Assembly: GCA_965153285.1 (NCBI GenBank)
Contig: OZ229111.1
Origin: Podarcis tiliguerta
Lineage: Eukaryota
Reading direction: 5' to 3' (one strand)
DNA length: 64,000 nucleotides
Shown here in pieces: positions 11,740-27,549 of this stretch (positions are counted from its first letter, which is position 1; every line of letters starts with the position of its first letter). The notes under the pieces were generated by a model that saw only the letters and a program-made list of their open reading frames with translations, was not told the DNA's origin and ran no database searches. Both the position numbers and the translations under genes were made by a program.

Positions 11740-12580
11740 TTTATGGCTTGTGTTTTAATTCTGTACACCACTTACTTGAGGGACAAGAGGGGCACTACAG
11801 CATAAATGCCATGGGTCCAGGTAGTAGTCCTTTAATGCTACTCTTTGGAAACAACATTGCAGGCAGTAGAACCACCAATGCAATACAGTGCCTCCAACAC
11901 ACTGAGTCGTTCCAGGAAGATACCACGATCAACAAAATCAAAAGCTGCAGAGAAATTAACAGGAATCAAGAGGGTACACTCCCTGCAATTCTTTCTGAAG
12001 CAAAGGTCAGAGCAGGACAACAAGGACTGTTTCTGCATCACACCCCCAACTGTGACTGAAATGGGTCTGGATAGCCCACTGAATCCAAATACATCTGCAG
12101 TTGGTCAACCACAATCACTGCAACCACCTTGCCCCCCCCCCCAAGGGACACTGACCACTGGACGATAGATATCCAACATGCCCAGGAAGAGTTTCTTCAG
12201 CAGCTATACCACCCCTTTCTTCAAAGTGGTGGGCATCACACCCTCCTAGTGAGGGAACAACTACTCCTGCACCCACCCAAATCAGCAGCTTCCCACTACG
12301 CAGTATGGGCAGGGTCAAGAGACCACATGGTTGGTTAGCCTAATTCCTGCCAGCATCCTGCCCATGTTCTCAGGCTGCAAGAACTGCAACTGATCCCACA
12401 AACGTAGAACAGACAATGCTCCAATAGCTTTCCCAAGGTCTGCTCCAACAGGGCACTGAGTTTGGAATGGACACAGCAGGCTGATGTCCAATACCCATGG
12501 ATGATGGATACTAACCAGCCCCTTTGCCATGTGAAAAAGCTCCATTGGGCAGTTCACTAATGATGCAATGGTCATTACTC
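11740..12580 (-). mobile_element. Degraded L2 ORF2 fragment
   Basis: Minus-strand peptide TLLIPVNFSAAFDFVDRGIFLERL resembles the RT motif LLILLDLSAAFDMVDH of the intact L2; frameshifted. Confidence 0.65.
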
Positions 12581-12768
12581 AGTCCTATTTAATTGCCCAA
12601 AGCAATTTGGAAAACAACGGTGCCTTCTGAACTCTACTTAACTGAAGAGGGCCCTCAGGAGCGATCCTGCAACTATCCCACCACATCTCACCATTTCAGA
12701 GAGTTCAGGAATTATTTGCAATGCAGGCAGAGACAGGTCAAAACATTGTGCTGCCCAAAAAGGTTGTT

Positions 12769-12823
12769 TTTATTTTAAAATACTGCTATCTAGCAACAAT
12801 TCAGGCAATAATAACTCTTTATT
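12769..12823 (-). terminator. Candidate SMAD5 polyadenylation signals (two AATAAA)
   Basis: TTTATT on the plus strand at 12818-12823 and 12769-12774, with U/GU-rich sequence following on the minus strand. Confidence 0.45.
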
Positions 12824-15800
12824 AGCTTGAGGGAGAAAGTGTTTGACATATTTAGATGTTTTCCAGGCACAGACTACAAGACCGTCTGTTTTTATCAGGT
12901 AAACATTAGTAATACTGTGAAATAAATGCATGGTTTTTAAAAAAAATATTCAAATTACAAGGCTGTTACATAGTTACTTTTGTGAAACAGCATTTTACAT
13001 AGATTATCTGTAGGAGTAGAAAGTGTGATGCCGCAAGAGAACAGAAATTTTGGATGTGGGATGTTTGAATTCTTAATTCAGCCAGAAGATTCAAACCTGA
13101 ATTCATCCATGCTTGCTGTAGAACCAACTTTAGTTATTGTGAAGACGAAGTAGAAAGAAAGTAGGGCATTTTAGAATTTTTTAAAATAAATTAATCCAGA
13201 GGCACATTTTGGTCCCTTCAGCAAGTCAGCAATCTAGCCAGATGCAACAACAATCTTGCACAATATAGTTAAATCAATTTCCCAATGAAAACTTGCAATT
13301 TACGCTGAAGTTAATTTGTCTAGTACCTCTTAATACCCACCAGAAGTATTATTGAGAACAAAGTCAAAGCACATATCCTTCATGGGTGGTTGGATGGTAT
13401 CCACTGCCATTTACTCTCCCCCAAAAAAGAGATGGCCAAAAGAGGCCAGCGATAGGCATAAAAAGTTGTAAACTGCAAGAATGAGATAGTCTACTCAGTT
13501 TCTACAAAAATGAGAACACCGTGACTCAAGCTAAATCTGGAAACAAATAAGTCTCCTTCCATTCTTACATACACCATAATGCAAGCATGGCAGCTTGTAG
13601 TGAAACCTATGTCAGATGCCTACACATCCACTGAAACAGAACTAAATAATTGGCAACTCAGTCTGAATATACAAGTAAATCTTAGAGATGGAGAATCACA
13701 ACAAAAAGGCAAGCTGATGTATCAGCATTTAATAAGTTTCTCCCTCCAAAGGATAAAGGGAAAACCAGGAGCAAGTTTACTCATATCATTGCTGGTAATG
13801 GTCTCCCCCCACCCCCCCCCAAAAAAAATGCACTAGCAATTTATGTACTATTCTTGCTCTTGAAAAGTGCAATACATATATTTTGTGACTGCATACACAG
13901 AGTAATATTGCTCAGACTGCATGCAAAGTCAGAAGGTCTGGTTAGTACTGGTACCTGGCAAACACTCTTAAGGCTTTTAGATGGCTTAAAGAGTAGGAAT
14001 CTTCAGGACGTTAGTTACAAAGGCCAAATCTTTTAACACAGCAGAATTAACTTGCAAATCATTTATTGTTTTTAATTCAATGAAATGTGTTAAAAGATGG
14101 TATCATCTTTAGTGTTATATAGGCAATGTGGTCAAGTGCAAGCACAGAACATCTGGAGCCACTACAACTTCTGGGGAGCAATTCCCCCTGTGCAGCTCCT
14201 GGTAATTTCCGTGAGGTTTGCACAGGAGAACACCCCAGCAGATCTTGCTTAGCTAGCAGCATGCCCAGCAAAGGCAAATATTGGATGTAGTTATAAGTAA
14301 GGAGTTGTCTAAAATATAAGGCAACAAAATAAGACCATCTACTTCTCTTTTTTTAAAAAAGAAAGACTGGGAAAGGGTGGTTTTTTTGCTTCTAAAATCA
14401 AGTAGAAACTAGTATGTATACAAAAGAATGGTACAACTTTGTGAAAGTCATATTTGTTTTCCCTTTAAGGCAATTTCAAAGTATTTATTATAATATGTAA
14501 ACTCTTGAAGACCCTGGCAGGACTACCATATAAGCACAACACAACTTCTGTGGCACTGATGGGTGGCATTCAACAAAGTTTGACTTGGAGTAGATCCATT
14601 TAAATTTACAAACATGACTATGTCCAGATGTTCCACATGATCCCATTTGCTAATAGCCAAGTAGCCTTTTCATAGTCTTCTAGAGTTTTGAAAGTTTCTT
14701 CACAAACATGTCACCATAGAATACACAATTAAGAGTTCATTTCCTGCAATAAAGTATGGCAGTGACTATGGCCAATACTGAGCTTACCAGCATTTAAGGA
14801 GTTGTGGGAATATGATTAACACTCCTCTCACCATCTAACCAGAGACTACAGACAGCTAGCTCTGTGTGATCAGCAAAGCAATTCCAGAAGTCTTTAAAGC
14901 AGCTGATCTTTTAAACTTGGGAGAAGTCAACTTCAGTCTTGTGTGCCCTACCACCACTAATTGGTTTTAAAATTTATAAAGCACAAATACATACCCCAAT
15001 GTCTCAACTGTTATGGAATAATTTACCTGTGTTCAGTGATCTCAAGTATACACTCACTTAACATAAGTGCTTTGCTGGATTAGATCACAGCCAATCGACG
15101 TTTTCTGCAAGAATCCCAGTATCATTGGTCCAACAAGCAGACCACAGCCTACCCTTCTGGCCATTCCTGCTCCATTTACTCTCTCTAGAGTTCGTTCCCC
15201 TGAGAACTCCCACCAAGGAAGACAGCCTACAATATCCCCTCCACCAGCTATAGCCAAAGGAATAGCCAGACATCACATCTTGGTAAGACGGCAGGGAACA
15301 GCTATTGATCAAAGCTGGCTAGGGAAAAACATATCCCATCCCAGTAAAGCCAGACTTTGGATTTGCATCCTTTTATTCTGTTTCAGTCGGAAGCCAAGTT
15401 GCTACACAGGGAATCAAAGCCTCGACCATCACTGGAAATCCTACACAGCTCTGTAAGCTAGAAGGCTATCTTCAGAGCCATAGGGACTAGAAATTGCGTT
15501 CTGCCACCACCAATTCTGGGTAAAGGCTTCAGCATCCTCAGAATGCTAAGCTTTAAAATGAAGGCAACCACCACCACCTTTAGTCTGGGTAGAATCCACA
15601 TAGGACTAGAAACAGGTGGTCCCATAGAGAAACCGTAGCTTTAACTGCTGTCACTGGGGAAAGGCTCACTGAGAACTATTTTTGGTGGACTACATTTTCA
15701 GAAGCCAATGCATTTAGTATGGTACTTAGCGTTGGCTTTAGCATCCTAAAGCAAACGAAAATACATGGCAAAAGAATACAGGCCTTCTTGGGTTGCTGAT

Positions 15801-17384
15801 GGAAGGGAGAACTTCCAGAAGTTAGCATGAAGTGTAACCATTTGCTTACTTATCACACTTACTCTGAGGGATACCAGTAACTGAAGGCTAGGGGTAAATT
15901 TCTGCTAGCAGAGCATGGCTGCTGGACATAAACAAACACATTTCAGACTTACTTTATTAGATTTAACTGCACTGGTAATTGCTGGATACTTAGGCATACA
16001 TCCCCCCCCCCCTGCTTGTACTGATAAAGAAATATGCCTGAATGGACACCACCAGTAGCCTCTTAAGACAGGAGGACTTCCACATTCATATCCATATTCA
16101 CCAAAATCCTACCATTCATCTCTGCATCAGTTAGAGCCCTTTAGTAGGTTTATTAACAAAAGGCCATAAAACTGACAATTCATTTGACAGATGACGCTGA
16201 AGAGCTGATGTGTTATATGAGGGCTTAAGATCCTTGACTTCTTCTATTAGGCTCCAGCCACCAAATGGCAATGATCTTTTTGTTATCGAAGGCCTAGTCT
16301 GCCTCAGTAATTTAAAAGGCAAACATTCTGCATCACTTAGCAAAATGAGAGTCCTGATATTCTGGTTATAAATGTAAAGTACACCACGGTTGTAATTAAT
16401 ACTGGAGGAGGGGAATTATTAAAACCAGCAGTAAAATTAGGAAGGACATTCATTAATACTGTGTGTGTGTGATTATTAAAACCAAGTGTGACATTAGGAA
16501 GCCCCCAGGATACCAACTACAGAGAGGCAAAATAAAATGGAAAGGTGAACAATGCCTCGTAATGTTATCTACAAAATGGCACTGTTTTGCACTATAAAAG
16601 ACGTGGATTTCCTAAAAAGCTACACTTTGTCAAGGCCTAGCCCACAGCATGAATGTAAGTCAAGGGAAAATACTGACTAGTCTAAGCAAAACAGAGTGCC
16701 TTGAATCAAATGTTTAAGAACAATTGACTAAAGACAGCATCCTATTTACACTTGTCTGGGAGTAAGTTCCAGTAGCTCAATGTTCCATTGAGTATACATG
16801 CATACAATTGCACTGTAAAGGCAGTATTAAATTGAACTGGGGTATAGATAAAACCACTATTTACCACAGAACTTGCAGTAATGCATTCTAATACCACTAT
16901 CTGTAACGTGTTTTTAACATGTATATACTTAAGTCACATTATTTACTCAAGCTAAAGGCAATCTTGGGTGTAATAAAGCTAGCTTTGTTCATGGACCTTA
17001 TCCATTATACAACATTAAAAACTTGTAAACTGGAAATAAACAAATCTGGAAAAAAGATAAATGTTATTCCCTCCCTCCCCCCCGAAAAAAAGAACCAGTT
17101 CAAAAATGTGTTCCTAGAAGACACATAAAAATATTTTCAGTGGGGTTGATGATTATTAAATATGCGTATCAAGGAAAAATAAAATCCTGAATTCTCAGTT
17201 TTCTTCCCAACTTGGCTGTTTCCTTAATATCAAAAAATCAAAGGACGAGCGATAAAAAACAATGGAATTGGTCATTGGTAGAAGAAAGCTAACGTGTAGT
17301 ATGTTCTTACAGTATCCACACTGGAAGTGTCTGTAGAATTAGAAAATGGTCACTAAAGTTATGGCTGAAAAAACTTCTTTGGCA
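12770..17384 (-). other. SMAD5: Probable long SMAD5 3' UTR (~4.6 kb)
   Basis: AT-rich, repeat-poor stretch after the stop, ending near minus-strand AATAAA hexamers at 12818-12823 and 12769-12774. The distal end is inferred. Confidence 0.55.
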
Positions 17385-17528
<144 letters not shown>

Positions 17529-17684
17529 CTACAAAAAATGGGCAGACATTTAGTGTATATCCAAGAATCGCTCTTAAAACAGCCAGTGTTGATTAGTCTA
17601 GTAAATTCATTAGAAATTAAAAAATGAGTAACACACACACACCCCTCAAAAAAAGAAGTGTGACACGTCAGAGAAAAGGGAATA

Positions 17685-17902
17685 CAGTGGTACCTTGGGT
17701 TACAGACACTTCAGGTTACAGACTCCGCTAACCCAGAAATAGTACCTCAGGTTAAGAACTTTGCTTCAGGATGAGAACAGAAATTGCACGGTGGCAGCAA
17801 TGGGAGGCCCCATTAGCTAAAGTGGTGCCTCAGGTTAAGAATGGTTTCAGGTTAAGAACGGACCTCCAGAACGAATTCAGTTCTTAACCCGAGGAACCAC
17901 TA
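17685..17902. mobile_element. Tigger/pogo-like MITE, family A, in the last SMAD5 intron
   Basis: TA-CAGTGGTACCTTGGGTTA ... TAACCCGAGGAACCACTA-TA. Confidence 0.85.
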
Positions 17903-18390
17903 TATAGGTTTATGGAAGGATGGCGGGATACCATATGCTTCTATTCCTCCCACAGAAAAAATCCAACTGTTCAGTAGGATTCCCGGTATACGTTGTCTAC
18001 TAGGTTTTGCAGATGGAGAAGAATGACGGTTTATTCAAACGAAGCCTCATCCTATTGGGAAGGCCTGCAAATGACGATTGAGAGAATGCATCTGTCCAAC
18101 TGACAACTGCTTCAGAGCCTGTTACACCGACAAGGAGGACGTGCTTGTTTGAAATACAGGCATCTCCCCATTTATGCGCACTCTATTTGCATGCAACCAG
18201 AAGCAGTACCCAGAAACAGGGTCACTCCCTCTGCGTCATTCCCCATTCTGAGGGACGATGGGTTACTTCTGTGACTTTTCTAGATTACATATGGGGAAGA
18301 AGCCCTCAAAGCCACAGAAGATTTCCCATTAAAGTTATTGTCCTGGGGAATATACTTCAAAAATCACTCAAACACACAAGTTATGTGTTA

Positions 18391-18807
<417 letters not shown>

Positions 18808-19189
18808 TCAGAGTATACTTGCATTTCTGCCACTGAATATCAGCCACTAGATGTCCTCCTTCCATGAATCAAAGAATATGATTCTTCAACAAATAATTTT
18901 TTTAACTGAGATTACCTAAATATTGCTGGTATTCTATTACTAGGAAACTGTTATTCAGAATCATGAGCCCATTTGGCAGGTTAGATCAAAGCATCTGATC
19001 AGAAGGCTGCGAGATTTGTCTTTGGTGTGCAATCTGTAGAATCACACTATATGTGGGTGTGGAGATTTGTTCACTAAAAATGCTTCTTTTAGAAACATTA
19101 GGTGGTATTCAGCTACATTTTACTCATAGGAGACCCACTGAGATTAATGAACATGACAAAGTTAGGTGAAGGAAGGTTTCTTATGATCA

Positions 19190-19462
<273 letters not shown>

Positions 19463-20102
19463 TCAGTATTTCCAACACCTAAAGCAGTAGTCTCTCCCAT
19501 ACAGTAATAGTATTAACGCCTTTATTCCTAGGAGCTCAAAGAGTTTCATGGATACCCCCTCCAAAATATTCCAACAGCTCTGCAAAGTAAGCTAAGTCCC
19601 ACAAGAAAGATGGGAAACCAAGTCTCTGATGACGGTGGCATGGCATAACTGAGCTGTGGACCAGAGACCACCAGATCATGTTCACAAGCACTACATTACG
19701 CCAACTTGGGACCATGAAAAATAATTTGTTTTACTCATGCTGAATTACTTATTTCTTTAGGCCACAGCTCAAGTCCATAAAAAATGGAGTTTCAAGAACA
19801 TGGCTATTTAAAGCACCCACACTTAGAAACAAAGACCGTCTTTATATATACACAATTAAAAGTTATTAGTTTGGCTAACTGGTTGTTCACTGAACACTGA
19901 AATATTCAATACATGCAGCAGTTTATTCTGAAATGCTGATAACTTGGGTCCCACCCTGGGCTCCTTTGGGAGGAAGGGCAGGCTACAAATATTTTTTGCT
20001 CCACCTATAAAGGTCCCTCTGGTGCAGCTCTGTCCACATCCCTGCAAACTCACTACGTATCCAACCCTCAAACACTAATATCCTCAACCTGTAACACAAT
20101 TA

Positions 20103-20450
<348 letters not shown>

Positions 20451-21904
20451 TTAATCCAGCCTAATCACAACTCCTGTTACCCCTACAAAATCAATTGTTC
20501 CTCCCACTTCGGGGTCATCCTTCCTTACTACCTCCTCACTCTCCACCTTCCATTTTTCTGCTTCCTTTGAAATCTTTCTCTATAAATAAACTGCTTTCTA
20601 AATAGTTGATCAGATTGTCTGTGTTTCTTTCCCCTATGTGCACATATACTTTCCCCACTCTACAGCCCTCTGGGCCACAACCTAACCAATAAGTCTTGCC
20701 CGTCTCATTCTTCCTGCTCTAGTGATCATCATCAGGAGGGCAGTCTTGGTCAGGTTCTCACACTGAGACTATTAACTAAAAACGCTTGGAAGCAGTGTCA
20801 CCAACATCAATGGGATCAAACAAAAATCAGTATATTTAGAACAACCTATAAGATGTTGCTTCCAATTTTGCAATTGCAGTGATTTACCACTCCCTAGTTC
20901 CCTGCCCTTCTCTTTTCTGGTTAGGACTGCACTGTAAAGCCACCTGGTCTTCCCCTCCCTATATGCTTCATGTGTGTGAGTATGTGCTTGGAGTTTAATG
21001 TGGAGAATCATTTAAGCTTCCGATCCCCATTTCGCAGTCTGAAGTGGCAGCACTGTTCCCAGATTGTTGTATCTCCATCACTGCTATAACTCCCAATTGT
21101 GGTAACTTCCCTGTTTCTCCTATTCTACAACAAACAAAAATTTATCTCCAATTTTGCTCTCAAACTTGGCTTTTCCTCCCAGCACTTTCCTAAAACTGCC
21201 CTTACCAAAAAAAATAGCCTACCAATTCAATTATCTCTGTAGTCTTAGTCATCTGTGCAGCATGTGATATATAGCTGATGACTCTTGCCCTAAGACCCCA
21301 CTCAGCTCTTCACCTGTATAATCATTCTTTTGATCTCTACATATGGTGAGACACTTCCTCGTGGATCTGTTTTTAGCTCTCTTGCTGTCCTCCCCCTACA
21401 CCCTCTCACCAGGTGTATCCCATTCCAGGAGTTTCAGTACCATCTATAGGCTTCTGATAGCGTTCTTCATCTTTACCCTGAATTTCCTCCCTTCATCCAA
21501 TCTCCCATCTCCAAGTACTTTTCACATTTTGGTTTGGATGTTTTGTCAACATCTCAAGTTCAATATGTGGAGGCCAAACTTCTTATCTTTCCTCTCAAGC
21601 CCTTCTTTTATCACCTCGCTCTCCATGTCCAGTGACATTATCGCCATCCACCCTGCTGAGTAGGCAGATAGCCTTGGCTTTCTCTTTGACTTCTCTCTTC
21701 CTTTACCACATAATCCGCAATTTAGTGTATCACTGCTGTGTAATGTTAGTGTTCCCTTTGTAACGTTACAGAAAACAAACAAACAAATAAAAGTCGTCCT
21801 TCTCTGTCACCTCAGCAAAAATTCTGGTCCATGCCTTGGTCTTTATCTTATTATCTGAAATGTTTTTTTGGTGTTTCCAAGAGACATACATTACAGTGCA
21901 TATA

Positions 21905-22130
21905 CAGTGGTACCTCGGGTTAAGTACTTAATTCGTTCCGGAGGTCCGTTCTTAACCTGAAACTGTTCTTAACCTGAAGCAACACTTTAGCTAATGGGGC
22001 CTCCTGCTGCCACTGCGCCGCCGGAGCACGATTTCTGTTCTTATCATGAAGCAAAGTTCTTAACCTGAAGCACTATTTCTGGGTTAGCGGAGTCTGCAGC
22101 CTGAAGCGTCTGTAACCCGAGGTACCACTG
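21905..22130. mobile_element. Tigger/pogo-like MITE, family A
   Basis: Perfect TIR CAGTGGTACCTCGGGTTA / TAACCCGAGGTACCACTG; TA TSD. Confidence 0.9.
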
Positions 22131-22218
22131 TACCAACCAACAAACCAACTTTTTTTTTTTATAAACCCCGGGCCAATACAATAACATGGCAGACCGAAGC
22201 GATCATCAAGTTGCAGCA

Positions 22219-22355
22219 CAGTGTGGGGAACCTTTCACCCTTCAGATGTTACTGAATTACAATTCCCATCAATCCCCCACAACATGGACAATGGCCAGGG
22301 ATGATGGGACTTGTAGTTCACTGACACCTGGAGGCTGAAAGGTTGCCCACACCAG
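22219..22355. mobile_element. Short hAT-like MITE (related decayed copies near 27060-27155, 41835-41950, 54245-54372)
   Basis: CAGTGTGGGGAACCTT ... AAGGTTGCCCACAC inverted ends with an internal CCCATC/GATGGG palindrome, recurring in the window. Confidence 0.6.
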
Positions 22356-23275
22356 TTTTAGCAGTTCATATCCACTGGTCTTCAATACTAACACTAACTA
22401 ATTTCAAAGGTACCCATGCGTTTGTGGAGGAACCATTCATGGGAATCCTCAACTAATGTGCAGAGTGGGTCCAGGCTCTAGTTTTGTCTAGACTATGGAA
22501 ATCTACTACTTCCTGACTTTCTATTGCCTCGACTTTATCCTCTCACCTTTATCCAGAACTGTTATCAAAAACATTCACCTCTCTCACCACTCTGACCATG
22601 TGATGCCCTTCCTTGAATTTCTATACTCCCTTCCTGTTTATTCCTAGAGCCAGCATAAATTTCTCACCCTTATTTTCAAACCCCACCAAAGGCTTGCACC
22701 ACCTGATCTTTTTGCTTTTATATCCCAACAAACATATGATACCCACTCATTCAGCTTCACCATGCTTGGCCAACCTAGGAAGCAACACAACTTTTTCTCC
22801 CTCACATTTATGAAAGGAACCGCCTCTCAGAATGCTTCCATGCTATCACCTATTTTACTACATTCAAAACACAACACAATCTCAGAAACCCCACCTTTTC
22901 CATGAAGACTTTGGGCACAACCTCCTAGTTCCAATGTTCTCCATAACTAAAGTAAAAGTACATGCAATCTTCTCCTGCGTGCCTCACTTCCATTCCCCTC
23001 TTTTTCCTCAATTGTCTCCCTAGTGTCGCTCTCTACATTAAGCCTCCAGGACAGAGATCTTTCCTCTCGTTGTTTGTGTAGCACCATGCATATGGGTCAC
23101 ACTAAATAAATAACAGTAGAATGGTTTATACTTTCTCCAAACTCTTAGTCTTGTGTCTTCTGTCCCACTACCCATTCAAATCAGAAGTGTATGCAGAAAT
23201 ACATAAAACAGCAAAATTCTCAAATAGCTGAATTATTTGTTCTCTTTAATTTTCTTTAATTCCTTCACAAGATTA

Positions 23276-23584
23276 CCATAGATTCCGGCATATAAGGAGA
23301 CTTTTGAACCCTGGAGAATCTTATCCAAAGTCAGGGGTTGCCTTATACGCCAGGTATGGGCGGCACGGAGCAGAGCCCCCCCCCCCCCCCCCGCGGCTCC
23401 AAAGCAGCAGCAGCAGGCTCAGCTCCGTGTCGGGAGAAAGCCACCCAGCGCGGAGCTGAGCCTGCCCCCTGTTGCTGCCCAGCATATTAGGCGACTTGGC
23501 TTATAAGACAAATCCCCAAATTGCAGCTGCCAATTTGGGGGGTTGTCTAATATGCCCAGTCACCTAATATGCTGGAATCTACGG
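23276..23584. mobile_element. Tc1/mariner (Tc2-like) MITE
   Basis: TIR CCATAGATTCCGGCATA / TATGCTGGAATCTACGG (2 mismatches); TA on both sides. Confidence 0.75.
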
Positions 23585-23708
23585 TAATTCCAAAGCTTCA
23601 AATGATGTGTCCGTAATAAATATGACAAAATGCATATTAGGAACTCTGAAACGTAATTCTAACTCCCTCTGGCTTCATGCTACAAGTTTTACTTTTCAAT
23701 TAACGTCA

Positions 23709-24323
<615 letters not shown>

Positions 24324-24389
24324 TCACGTTTCAAAAAGCATAGAGTTTAACAGATGGACAATGCAAGGTAGACATAATAGCATCAATGT

Positions 24390-24785
24390 TCCCCAAGACA
24401 AAAGAAACCTCAAGGACTGCCTCTCCCCATGTGGGCCTACCAGGACCCTGCAATCATCATGATGCCCTTCTTTGTGTGCCTCCTCCACAAGAGGTCCAGA
24501 AGGTGGAAACACAATAACAGGCCTTTTCTGCAGTGGTTCCCTATTTGTGGAACGCTCTTCCCCAGGGTGGCTCACCTGGCGCCCTCATTATACACCATTA
24601 GGTGCCAGAATAAAACATTCCTCTTCAACAGCCTTTATCCTTTTAAATGTGGGGTTTTTGGGGAAGGGGTATTTGTTTGGTTTGTTCTTGGTTTTACTGT
24701 GTATGTTGAACTTGTATTTTTATGCTGTGAACCACCCTGAAATCTTCAGATGACGAGCGGTATACAAATTTAATAAATAATAATT
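24390..24785 (+). mobile_element. L2 3' fragment
   Basis: LKDCLSP...RAFS-like coding end and tail tgtgaaccaccctgaaatcttcagat...atacaaatttaataaataa. Confidence 0.65.
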
Positions 24786-24928
24786 TCACTTTGTAAAAGA
24801 AAGTTCAGCTACACCAATCTTCCTCATATTCACCTGACAGCAAACCTATACGTGCTTTCCTGGGAGTCAAGTCTCACTCAACACAATGGCACTATCTTCT
24901 AAGTAGACATGCACTGTAAATCGCATTA

Positions 24929-25540
<612 letters not shown>

Positions 25541-25841
25541 TTAGTTGTTGCCATCTTACCAGAGAGACTAAGACAAAGAGATATAGGCTAACCAGGAACT
25601 TATAAAGGCTATTCCATTTATATCACACACTATAAAGTAGATTCAGTAATTGGTTTTTAATATTTCCCATTTTCACACTACATACAAGCCAAAAGGTTTG
25701 TATCTACTTCAGTCATGCTTACAGCAGACCCACTGAAATCAAGTTAAGTCATGATTTCTCTAAGCACGAATAAGACTGCAGTCCTAACCCCACTTAGGTG
25801 GGAGTGAGTCCACAAAATTCAGCATATCTTAGTTCTGAGTA

Positions 25842-26037
25842 CAGTCATACCTCATGTTACGTCCGGGTTACTTCCGGGTTTCACTGCTCGTGCATGCGCA
25901 GATGCACAAAATGACGTAACGTGCATGTGCAGAAGCGGCAAATTGCAACCCACGCATGCGCAGACGCGGGTTGCGTTCTTTTCATGTTGCAAACGGGCCT
26001 CCGGAATGGATCCCGTTCGCAACCAGAGGTACCACTG
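25842..26037. mobile_element. Tigger/pogo-like MITE, family B (SMAD5 intron 1)
   Basis: TA-CAGTCATACCTC ... GAGGTACCACTG-TA; inverted homologue at 29792. Confidence 0.8.
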
Positions 26038-27549
26038 TAGTCATTATCAAGACTGTGCTGTAAGTCTGAAACCAACCCAAAGATTGATGTCCCTTATTTG
26101 GACAGTTACATCTATTAGGAGGAAAGCTTCAATGCACTGGTGGTTCAGAAGAACACTTGCCATTAATAATAACTATGCAACTGAACTAGTGCAGTACAAT
26201 GTGAAAGAACCAGTTTAAAAGTCACTTCTGTTCTCCTTATGTGTTTTAAGTCCTGTGTCAAACCCAAAGAAATGCATATTAAGAGCTGTGTTGGAATAAA
26301 TACTAATCGCTTGTTGCTTCAAAACAGTTATATATTAAAACAACACAGGTAACAGTAACAAATTGTTCCTTTTATATTACCAACAAAGACCAACTGCAAC
26401 TTAAAAAAATAAAAAATAAAATAAAAGGGGAGTAATGATGACAAACGGAACTAGTGTGCTGTGGCAACATGTTGATAAGACCTCATAAAATCCCAGAAGA
26501 ATACTCAACAAGTACAGACACAGACAATAGGCAGCTGGCAAAAAGCAAGCACTAAACAAAGAAAAAGGATGTCAATAACAAAGTGAGTTCCGGTTGTGCT
26601 ACAGAAACTGCCAAATATTGTCTTTGGGACTTCTGATAAACCATGGCAAGTCAAAACAGCTAGCTTGCTCTGGAACATTTTCAGTCCCCTCCAAATCTGT
26701 AATACTCAGCAAAGGAAAGCTAGGTGCTTCCCTGTTACCTACCTTGCTACATATGAAAACACACGTAGGAACAGCAGCTACCTGTTCTGCTAGGCAAGGG
26801 AACACAGCAAAGCATTGTGCTCCCTTCCTCATCAGAAGGAAGCCACTTTCCAACATCTGCAGTCTGTCACCTTCATCTCTCCAGAAGTGGGACTGCAGTT
26901 TGCATGCCTAGACAAGATGCACACAAAGTGCACCCAGCAGCAGCACTCACCTGTATCGCTCACCATGCTTCCCTAGTTAAGAAAACTGATATGGGCGCCA
27001 GGGTTGCTGCCAATCCCAAGTATACGCTGCGTATGAGCAATATGCCCTCTAGACATTGCTAGAGTACACACCTCCCACCATCTCTGAACACTGGCCACGC
27101 TGGCTGGGACTGCTGGGAGTTGGAGTCCCAACATCTGGAGGACACCATATTGGCTGCTCCTCCTATCCCATTACCACAACAAACCAAATGCAGGACCCAA
27201 GGGGGAAAAGGACGCGGCAATTTCCCCAGCCAACATCCAGCCTTCCTGAACAAGATGCCTCTGTCCTAGGGGTGCACCTTGGGGGCTCACACGCCTCAAC
27301 ACAGAAGCAAAAAACCCACACCATTGCATGTAGGAAAGCGTGGGGTATGTGCTTTTCTGGAGGAAAGCGAACGGAAATCCATTCAGTCGCGAGAGATAAG
27401 AGTCCCCACCTAAACTTCCAAGCACGGGCCTGGAGCATGCTTTGCACCCCCATTTGCTGCAGAAAAAAGCTCCAGCCAATGCATTTCCCCAAAAAAACCA
27501 TTTTGTACGTTGCAGCAGCCCCACATAACGTACTCCTGTTTGGTACTAG

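Larger units (their letters stand above)
21050..23115 (+). mobile_element. Old L2 remnant interrupted by MITEs (SMAD5 intron)
   Basis: C/T-rich degenerate L2 ORF2-like sequence ending in an L2-like tail (gtagcaccatgca...aaataaataa); boundaries approximate. Confidence 0.45.

Noticed and set aside
6000-12700. Possible SMIM32 or TRPC7 exons downstream of SMAD5
   Set aside because: No matching peptide recognised in the ORF track or by eye.
15054-15456. 129-aa ORF in the SMAD5 3' UTR region
   Set aside because: Non-ATG start and no recognisable homology; probably chance or an unidentified repeat.
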